Assembly: GCF_021054785.1 (NCBI RefSeq)
Contig: NZ_CP088239.1
Span: forward strand, 1,680,001 to 1,712,000
DNA: 32,000 nucleotides
Direction of reading: 5' to 3'
DNA from: Tannockella kyphosi
Lineage (GTDB): Bacteria; Bacillota_I; Bacilli_A; Erysipelotrichales; Coprobacillaceae
Positions 5,328 through 12,575 of the stretch are shown piece after piece (position 1 is the first letter of the stretch; each line of letters starts with the position of its first letter). Both the position numbers and the translations under genes were made by a program. The notes beneath the pieces were generated by a model, which saw only the letters and a program-made list of their open reading frames with translations, was not told the DNA's origin and ran no database searches.

Positions 5328-7235
5328 ATGGAGTCAACTTAAGGTAATACCTTAGTTGGCTCTTTTTTGATTTTACTCAATTATTTTCACTATGACTCCC
5401 CTAACTAAAAAAAGCGCATAATCCCCCTTATGAAATCTCGCTATTTTTTCAAATATTCTTATGTTATAATAATTTTAGTTCTTAACTACGGTTTTATCGT
5501 TTGATGATAACCATTCTTAGCTAATAGCTTAGGATGATTTCTTCCATCAAGCGTAAACCTGTATTTGATGGCACCGACTATAATTCGGCCCCATCTTTGA
5601 TTGTGTCTATCAGGGCGGGTAGGCACTTTTATTTTGTCCACTATTATTAAGATATTCTCCACTAGTTCTATTATCTTCTTCCTTCGCTGCTTGTACATGT
5701 TAAACACTAGTTGGTTGGATCGTACTAGAATAATTAATTGTGTAATATTAATGGCATACTGTTTCTCATTCTTTTGAAGTAGTACATTATTTATATGTTT
5801 ACGGGTTACACCAACAATATTAAAGAATAATATTTTTCCATAGATACAACATTTTGTTATATTCGATTTACAACTAATTGACCTTTCCCATTCCATTGTT
5901 GACTTTAATGTTTTATAACTCACTTCAACATCCCATCGTTTTGTATATAAATCAATAATTCCTTGAGTACTGAACGTCTCTTCGCTTAAATTGGTAAAGA
6001 ATAATAGTTCCTTTTCTATATCTTCTCCTTTTTTATTTTGATACACATATTTTGATTTTACTACACGGATTTTCATTATGGGATTTTCTTCTCTTAATTG
6101 TATAGCTTCTGAAGAGTAACGAAATCTTTTCACCCATTTTTTATCTACATTTACATGAATCCACTCATCATCACCGGTCATAGCAGCTACTTCTTTTTTA
6201 TAAAAGTATGATTTCCCTCGAATGCAGTAGTTATACTCAAAGGATTCTAACGTAGAAATGATTTCTACCGATCCATAGTACCTGTCCGCTAAGTAAATGA
6301 CTTTATTATTGTTTAGGATATTTTTAGTATGATATAAATGTCGAAAGCTTAAAGGAGTTTCAGAACATTTTGCTTGTTCCATAGAAAAATCCAGGAACAA
6401 ACCATTGGTAACATCATATAGTCCAGCAGATTTAGAAACGACAGTTTTAACGTCATATATTGTTTGTACCGTTCTAGACTGGGAGAAATTAAATTCATTG
6501 ATATTATGTAAACTATAAGGAATTTGTATTGTAGTCCCATCTTCAGCTAAAAGAATAAAACCTTTATGTTTTTTTACTAATGAACTTTGATAGAACAACT
6601 TCGCAAATTCCTTCATCAAATAATGAAATACATTCGGGTTTAGTTTATTTGCCGCTTGATATAAAGCTTGCTTACTAACACGATCCATCTTATTGTTCAT
6701 TAATGCATAGAAGTTAGTGAGCTCTGTATTTGTATTGGCAGAGCATCTTGATAAAAAGTAGTAGATAAGTTTTGAATGCGTTAAATTACGGTTTCTCGTA
6801 AAGTCCGTTGCATTTGTTCTGGAAAGCTCTCTTACAGTGGAAGACTGAATAATCTTATCGAAGTTTAAAAAAGTTTTGATAACTCTTTCTTAACTACGCG
6901 ATTCTTCATCATAAACTAAACGTGGTTTCTTTTTTGCGAAAGCAGCCTTTAAGTAAGGAACACTTTCACCATCAACTAGCCCAAAGTTGATAATAACACG
7001 ATGTTTAGGAGTATCACCATCACGATATGATTCTACTAAAGCACAATAATACTTAGATGTATCTCCTTTATTATTTTTTACAGCCCTTAAAAACATAAAA
7101 TCACCTCTTTCTTAACTACATTATAACATAAAATATATATATTATAAATATAAACTATAATATTCCTTAACTACAAGATGAATTTTATCGCAAAAAAGAG
7201 CCAACTAAGTTATTACCTTAAGTTGGCTCCATTGG
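5325..7235 (-). mobile_element. IS1634/IS4-like insertion sequence (~1.9 kb)
   Basis: 44-nt terminal inverted repeats with 2 mismatches (5325-5368 vs rc of 7192-7235). They enclose a DDE transposase reading frame. Each IR contains a 13-bp hairpin followed by T6 pointing inward. Confidence 0.75.
5486..7096 (-). pseudogene. IS1634-family (IS4-related DDE) transposase interrupted by one in-frame TAA
   Basis: ORFs 6890..7096 (68 aa, MFLRAVKNNKGD..YCALVESYRDG..) and 5486..6700 (404 aa) are in the same frame. My translation of 6701-6889 is open, so the only interruption is TAA at 6890-6892. Catalytic signature: LLAEDGT, YLADRYY and YTKRWDVEVSYKTLK, an exact Y-2-R-3-E-6-K motif. Confidence 0.7.
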
Positions 7236-7265
7236 TGTGTAACGAAAGTTACGCACTTTTTCATT

Positions 7266-9518
7266 TTATAATACTTTCTTTTTCTTACTTACTAAAAAAC
7301 CAAGCATAGAGGATGTCAACAAGATCATTAAGAACTGAACACCATTTACGTCTCCTGTTGACACTTCAGGTAATTCTGTATCTTGTCCCACTATGTCACT
7401 TATACTATCATCTGCAGTAATACAATTTAACGTATATTCAGAAAAACAATCAGTAGTGAATGTAATAGTTGTAGGATCATTATCCTCATCTTCTAATAAA
7501 GTTATTACGCCATTATGATTTCGTAATATAAAGAAGGTTGCATCCATACTTTGATACTCCTCCGGAATACTGATAGTGATAGTTATAGGAGTTGTCAAAC
7601 TTGTTACTTCACTCACATCATCTCCAAATGTTCTGATCACTGAAATTTCCATGATCATTGTTTGCCTTGCAATTAAACCTTGACTATTTAATGTACTATT
7701 ATAATTAGAAAGATACCCATCAAATAGAGCCTGTATTTCAGCTGATACGGCATCGGAATCAGTAATATCTACCTGTACAGAAACCTTCATTTCCAAATTC
7801 TTTGAAACATCAGAGTCCGTAAATAGTTCATTAAGTAATTGTTCTTTCGTTTCATCATCTACTGAAATATCCACACTACCTGTTGTAGTCATTTCCTGTT
7901 CCACTTTCTCTTCTATAACAAAGGTACATGCATCACTAGTAGCAGACAAGTAATTGTCTGTTGATTCTATTACCGCCTTAACATAGTAAGTTCCACCTTC
8001 TGCAGAAGTGATGTCTTCTACCTCTATTAAACAATCTTCATCTCTATAGTAAATATAAGAAACATCAGTTCCATCACTCGTAGTTTTGTAAGATGGTTCA
8101 TTCACAGTTGCACCAAACACCCAACCCTCTATTGTAACTTCAATGCTTGGAAGCTCTTTTAATGAATCAAGATAAACAGTACGTTTTTCCTCGTATTCAT
8201 ATTCCTCCAAGCCTACTCCGTCTGTTTTACTACTTGTGTCAAAGTTATTATTAATTTTGTAATAACAATCCTCAATTTTAATATCCGGATTGGATTCTGT
8301 AGCATTACCAACTATGCCTCCCAGTGAAGATACTCCTACAACATCCCCTTCACTGAAACAATCAGACAACGTAACTACTCCATTTGCAATACTCCCAGCA
8401 ATTCCACCAACTTCAGCACCATTTCCTGTGATATCTCCAGTGTTAAAGCATCCTGAAATTTCTAATGTTGTAGAGCTACTGTTAGTATATATCCTTCCAA
8501 TAATTCCTCCAACATATGAATTTCCTGTAGAAGTCGCAATTACACTAGCTGTATTGGTACAGTCAATTACACAACTTTCTGTATTTGTTGTTCCGTTCAA
8601 TTCCCCTATAACACCACCAACGTGTTGAGACCCCTTAACCGTAGCATTATTACTACAATTTTTCACTGTACAATTGTTGTAGATCATTCCTATCACACCT
8701 CCAACATATGCTGAAGTACTTGATACATCTCCATAATTACTGCAGCTTTCTACAACACTAGTGCTACAGTTTCCAACCATACCAACTATGCCTCCAACTC
8801 GAGCAGAAGTTCCTGCCACAGTTCCATAGTTAGTACAATTAGTAATTACAATATTATATGCATAACTACTATCCTCGTTCATGCCACCAAAATCATCATC
8901 ACTTAAATTCGTTTCTATCGCATATCCAACAATTCCACCAACCATTTCACTACCACTTACACTCCCTATAAAAGTACAGTTGTCGACAGTAACATCTGCT
9001 TCGCTTGCAACTAGATAAGCGACAATTCCGGCTGTACATACACTTCCGTAAATTTCTCCTGTAACATTCACGTTTTTAATGGTACCATCTGCTATACAAC
9101 CAAATAAACCTTGACCCCAAGAGCTACTATTTTTAATATAAAGGTTACTTATGTTGTAATTACCTCCGTCAAAAGTCCCTTCAAATGTTTTTACATTATA
9201 CCAATTACTAAGTGTTCCTATCGGAGTCCATTCAATATTATCTAAATCAATGTCATTTGTCAGAACAACCGTCTTCCCACTAAATGTTGTTCCTTCATTT
9301 ACTAATTTAGCCAAGCCAGCAAGTTCTTCGGCAGTATCAATTTCAAAAGTAGTACTTCCTGAATTACCATCATACCAGGTAGTATCTATATCACCTTCCC
9401 ACTTTACTGTTGTTACTGCATTACTTTTAATCACTGTTCCAGAAATCACACCAAACAATAAAGCAACTACTAAAAAGATTACCGTAATGTTTTCCATGTT
9501 TTTAATTTTCATACGCAT
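7266..9518 (-). CDS. Secreted surface protein with GLUG-type (..VGGIVG..) beta-helix repeats and a C-terminal sorting-signal-like anchor
   Basis: 750 aa. N-terminal signal peptide (..VVALLFGVISGTVIKSNA). More than 8 repeats of the form C.N.G.V.G...VGG(I/V)(I/V)G. C-terminus is LPEVSTGD + hydrophobic stretch + KKKKVL. GAGGGAGG lies 7 nt upstream of ATG 9518. Confidence 0.8.
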   Translation of the reverse strand: MRMKIKNMENITVIFLVVALLFGVISGTVIKSNAVTTVKWEGDIDTTWYDGNSGSTTFEIDTAEELAGLAKLVNEGTTFSGKTVVLTNDIDLDNIEWTPIGTLSNWYNVKTFEGTFDGGNYNISNLYIKNSSSWGQGLFGCIADGTIKNVNVTGEIYGSVCTAGIVAYLVASEADVTVDNCTFIGSVSGSEMVGGIVGYAIETNLSDDDFGGMNEDSSYAYNIVITNCTNYGTVAGTSARVGGIVGMVGNCSTSVVESCSNYGDVSSTSAYVGGVIGMIYNNCTVKNCSNNATVKGSQHVGGVIGELNGTTNTESCVIDCTNTASVIATSTGNSYVGGIIGRIYTNSSSTTLEISGCFNTGDITGNGAEVGGIAGSIANGVVTLSDCFSEGDVVGVSSLGGIVGNATESNPDIKIEDCYYKINNNFDTSSKTDGVGLEEYEYEEKRTVYLDSLKELPSIEVTIEGWVFGATVNEPSYKTTSDGTDVSYIYYRDEDCLIEVEDITSAEGGTYYVKAVIESTDNYLSATSDACTFVIEEKVEQEMTTTGSVDISVDDETKEQLLNELFTDSDVSKNLEMKVSVQVDITDSDAVSAEIQALFDGYLSNYNSTLNSQGLIARQTMIMEISVIRTFGDDVSEVTSLTTPITITISIPEEYQSMDATFFILRNHNGVITLLEDEDNDPTTITFTTDCFSEYTLNCITADDSISDIVGQDTELPEVSTGDVNGVQFLMILLTSSMLGFLVSKKKKVL

Positions 9519-9609
9519 TATAATACCTCCCTCAAAATAATGTCTAATACATTATAACATAATATTATAATGATAAACACGAACATTATTGAATATTGTT
9601 GTATAAAAA

Positions 9610-10878
9610 CTAATTTTTCAAACACCCTAAGGGAACCACAAAAACTCCGTCTTTTCTTTGATACGCTAAATTTCCACCTGTTAAAATCATCATAAAAGAT
9701 GGTTCTTTCATTTTATCAGTATTTATTTTATCTCGTATTTTAAGCAAGTGTTCTGCTGCTTCATCTAGCTTTGAACCAAGTTTCACTTCCACAGCAGCCC
9801 ATCTTCCATCATTTAGAGCAATAATTGCATCACATTCAAGTCCACTCGAATCCCTAAAATGGAAAATTTGTCCATCAATAGAATCAGCATACACTTTTAA
9901 ATCCCTTGAACATAATGCTTCAAATAAAAAACCAAAATAATTAAAATCTTCCAGTAGTCGTTCTGGTGTCATTGCCATAATTGCAGTAGCAATAGAAGGA
10001 TCCACAAACTGTCTTTTAGGAGAAGTACGTATCGCTGATTTTGAACGTAACGAAGGATTCCAAGCTGGTATATTATCTATTACAAATATTCGTTCTAGTG
10101 CCAACAAGTATTGGCTAATACTTTTTTCTGACAAACTATCACCAATGTCACCATCGGCTATATCATCATGCAATATCTTAATTGTTGCAAGTGTTGAAAT
10201 ATTTCTTGATAAAGAACGCATAAGAGCTCTAACCCTTGCAGGATTTTTTTGTATATCGTCAACTTCCGATACATCTTGATTTATAACAGCTTCAACATAA
10301 TCAATAGCGTTCCTTAAAGCAACTTTCTCTGGTTGACCTACAGATGCAGGCCATCCTCCTCTAACAATTGCTAAAGCAATCTGCTCAATAGTTAATTCAC
10401 TCATCGAATCAATATTTGTTTTCCCATTAAATAAATCAACAAGCTAAACTGTACCATTTGATTCCTTCGATTCAAAAAGACTCATTGTTCTCATTGTCAT
10501 ACGAGAAATTCTTCCCGTTCCAGTGTGCTCCACCACATTATCACGTGGTACTGCTGAACCTGTTAAAATGAACTGTCCTAATTCTCCACGCATATCAACT
10601 GCATATCTTACGGCATCCCATAAAACCGGTGCCATCTGCCACTCAGCCAAAAGTCTAGGAGTTTCTCCCTTTAATAACAATGACGGTTTCACATCAGCCA
10701 CTTGTTGATAAGATGTTCTATTATCCAGATTTTGCATAAATAATTGACTATTAGAGTTTTCCATTGCTGTTCTTGTTTTTCCACACCATTTGGCACCCTC
10801 AATTAAAACAGCACCAGTGGCTTCAAGACGTTCTTTTAATATTTTATCTGCTATTCGTGGTATATAATCTCTTGTCAT
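9610..10878 (-). pseudogene. AAA+ ATPase with C-terminal DUF4143 (PD-(D/E)xK-like) domain, interrupted by one in-frame TAG
   Basis: ORF 10444..10878 has the P-loop (IEGAKWCGKTRTA). ORF 9610..10404 has the DUF4143-type C-terminus (..ECDAIIALNDGRWAAVEVKLG). The two are in the same frame, the 13 codons between them are open, and the only break is TAG 10444-10446. Confidence 0.75.
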
Positions 10879-10997
10879 CTATATCACCCGCCTTTGTTAA
10901 AAACAACTATACACCAACTTTTGAAATTATCAATGTTTTACTCCCGAAATTATTATTACTTTAAAAAATAAAAAATCAATCACAAAATACTACTTTG

Positions 10998-11262
10998 ATA
11001 CTCATTTTATTGACGCTTCGTAAAAAACGAGTATACTATTTACGAGGTAAGCAGATATGGCAAAGAAAAAGAGATCTTGGGGATCTCTTTTTTCGTTCTT
11101 TCGAACTAATCGTTGGAGTTAAGTAGATATTAGGCGTTAGTTATCTTTTTAAGATAACCGCAATCAATACAAGAACTACACTAAGTAGTTTCTCTCTAAT
11201 TCAAAATTGGTCTCTAGTATTATGGCTTATCCACCTGATTAAATGAGTATTTTCAATGATGT
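10998..11262. repeat. Degenerate third copy of the sRNA/peptide module
   Basis: Aligns with 4485-4800. The sRNA promoter, direct repeats, terminator and peptide codons 3-17 are recognisable. The SD+ATG region is deleted and about 46 nt of leader/promoter are missing. Confidence 0.8.
11044..11100 (+). ncRNA. Candidate antisense sRNA, module copy 3 (orphan)
   Basis: TTGACG 11010-11015, 16-nt spacer, TATACT 11032-11037. Hairpin AAAAAGAGATC-ttggg-GATCTCTTTTT (11066-11092). Confidence 0.35.
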
Positions 11263-11643
11263 TTTTTTAATTCCAACCAAAAATATCCCCTTTATACGTA
11301 AGATATCTTTTTCATACAATTACTATTATTTTTACCATTATCAAGAAGTATATCTACTATAAATGCTAACATAAAGATAACCTCTCTTTTTCCTTAACAG
11401 CGTACATGTTAAAGCGTTGTTAACCCCTTAACCCAAAAGGCTTGTCCAATACAATTGGATCATACCTTTTTAAATATAGAGGACAATATTATGAAATCAT
11501 CTATTTCATAATATCATACTTTTTCAAATCGTGCCAACCTCAGTTTTGATTCCTGCAAAGAGCGAGTTTCGCTCCGAAGTTGTTCGAGTTTTGTCTATTT
11601 TTGTAGTATAATAGATATGTTATTGAATACGGAGGACATGTTT

Positions 11644-11685
11644 ATGAATAAATTAAATTTGTCTCAATTAGGAGGTAATCTTTAG
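11644..11685 (+). CDS. 13-codon upstream ORF (MNKLNLSQLGGNL) whose TAG overlaps the SD of the downstream peptide ORF
   Basis: GGAGG 11631-11635, 8-nt spacer, ATG 11644. TAG 11683-11685 runs into GGGGAGG. Confidence 0.25.
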   Translation: MNKLNLSQLGGNL

Positions 11686-11699
11686 GGGAGGAAAGAAAA

Positions 11700-11756
11700 G
11701 TGAACGATGTAATTATCGTACTTATTCTAATAGTGTATATCCTAAAACACTGTTAG
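11700..11756 (+). CDS. 18-aa hydrophobic peptide (M)NDVIIVLILIVYILKHC (candidate type I toxin, family-2 paralogue)
   Basis: GGGGAGG 11685-11691, 8-nt spacer, GTG 11700, TAG 11754-11756. The composition pattern matches MELLIVVLVLIAVILKR: an acidic residue near the N-terminus, an aliphatic core, then ILK plus a basic residue. Confidence 0.45.
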   Translation: MNDVIIVLILIVYILKHC

Positions 11757-11794
11757 GTTTCCTAATCTAACTTTTTGTCCTCCATTTGAGATAA

Positions 11795-11847
11795 CAACGA
11801 AAAAAAGAGAGATGCTAGTCTCTCTTTTTTCATCTAACTTTTTGTCC
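11795..11847 (-). ncRNA. Candidate antisense sRNA of the family-2 module (~50 nt)
   Basis: Extended -10 TGATATAAT (rc of 11854-11862). The predicted 5' end GGACAAAAAGTTAGAT (rc of 11832-11847) is perfectly complementary to 11765-11780 in the peptide mRNA 3' UTR. The RNA ends at the shared terminator. Confidence 0.4.
11801..11830. terminator. Bidirectional rho-independent terminator of the family-2 module
   Basis: AAAAAAGAGAGA-tgctag-TCTCTCTTTTTT, with an A-tract on one side and a T-tract on the other. Confidence 0.6.
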
Positions 11848-12012
11848 AAAATCATTATATCATACTTTCTCAAATCGTACTAGGTTATTTTTGACAGGCT
11901 AATAGCATCAAATCTTCTAGCGATATAATCTTTAATTCCATTATATTCATTATAACAAAAGGCACCCAGCTTTAAGTAACAAAAGTGAGAACACTTTTAT
12001 TAGAAAAACTGG

Positions 12013-12498
12013 TTACTTTATGTTAGCATTTATATCTACCGCTTTTTTGCTTTTCATATAAGATGCATCCGTTTTAAGATTTTTCCTATTCTCTACCAGC
12101 AGTTCTTCATAATATTTAGGGTCATCATATATTTTTTGAAGTATTTTTGAATACTGTTTCGTTGGAACATCACCATCACAGTATCTAGAGAATGTTTGCT
12201 CAGCCCAACCCAACAATAATGACAAAGATCGTTTCCCTATCGCATATTTTTTAGGTATTTTTGAAATTGTTTCTAAAGAAACAATACCATGTTTTTCTCT
12301 GTACTCATCATATAACATCTTCAAATTATGATCCATTATTTCTTTAACATAAATTTCAGTATTGCAATCAATACAACGTGCCACTTTACCCAAATAACTA
12401 AATTTTTCACCTTTTAAAGTTCCTTCTATTTGAGCATTAACAATAGTGAATTCTACATCATCTCTACATTCTTCACAATAACCTAGCAGGAAGCCCAC
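12013..12498 (-). CDS. Zn-ribbon + HTH regulator (MqsA/YgiT-like architecture), with its 5' end displaced by the IS200/IS605 insertion
   Basis: CEEC..(34 aa)..CIDC zinc-ribbon spacing, followed by an HTH-like segment (KRSLSLLLGWAEQTFSRYCDGDVPTKQ). The annotated GTG start lies inside the IS left-end hairpin. A plausible original start with SD lies at 14729 on the other side of the IS. Confidence 0.55.
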   Translation of the reverse strand: MGFLLGYCEECRDDVEFTIVNAQIEGTLKGEKFSYLGKVARCIDCNTEIYVKEIMDHNLKMLYDEYREKHGIVSLETISKIPKKYAIGKRSLSLLLGWAEQTFSRYCDGDVPTKQYSKILQKIYDDPKYYEELLVENRKNLKTDASYMKSKKAVDINANIK

Positions 12499-12513
12499 TA
12501 CTTTAGGGGTGGG
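12494..12513 (+). repeat. IS200/IS605 left-end imperfect hairpin
   Basis: CCCACT.C-ttta-G.GGGTGGG. It shares CCCACTACTT..G.GGTGGGAG with the right end. Confidence 0.7.
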
Positions 12514-12575
12514 AGGAATGCGTAAGATGTGTATAAAAAGTACAAATCATACATAATTTATGTTATAATAAGTAT

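Noticed and set aside
6349-6540. ORF 6349..6540(-), out of frame within the transposase gene.
   Set aside because: It is an overlapping alternative frame of the DDE transposase with no independent support.
8290-9540. Plus-strand ORFs 8290..8628 and 9250..9540, antisense to the surface-protein gene.
   Set aside because: These are shadow ORFs of a long, repeat-rich gene. Their P/T/S-rich translation mirrors the Gly/Val codons on the other strand, and they have no SD or promoter.
6890-10446. Two in-frame stop codons in otherwise intact genes (TAA 6890-6892, TAG 10444-10446), as a possible sign of stop-codon reassignment or programmed readthrough.
   Set aside because: - Two different stop codons are involved.
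- TAA and TAG terminate essentially all well-supported genes in the window at the expected lengths.
- TGA is not needed as a sense codon.

Ordinary nonsense mutations in accessory genes are the simpler explanation.
10523-10964. ORFs 10523..10708(+) and 10764..10964(+), antisense to or flanking the ATPase pseudogene.
   Set aside because: These are antisense shadow ORFs without SD and with low-complexity products.
11292-11372. 26-codon minus-strand ORF (MLAFIVDILLDNGKNNSNCMKKISYV) with AGAGAGG 8 nt upstream.
   Set aside because: - Its first codons are simply the left arm of the 24-nt inverted repeat, and the same ATGTTAGCATTTATA occurs antisense to the MqsA-like gene end at 12020.
- The product is neither clearly hydrophobic nor similar to the module peptides.
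- No paralogue supports it.
11383-12010. The IR-flanked 680-bp segment as a phase-variable invertible promoter (inverton).
   Set aside because: - There is no invertase or recombinase gene in the neighbourhood. TnpA(Y1) does not act on such repeats.
- The arms are explained as homologous gene 3' ends.

It is left as a low-probability option under the IR finding.
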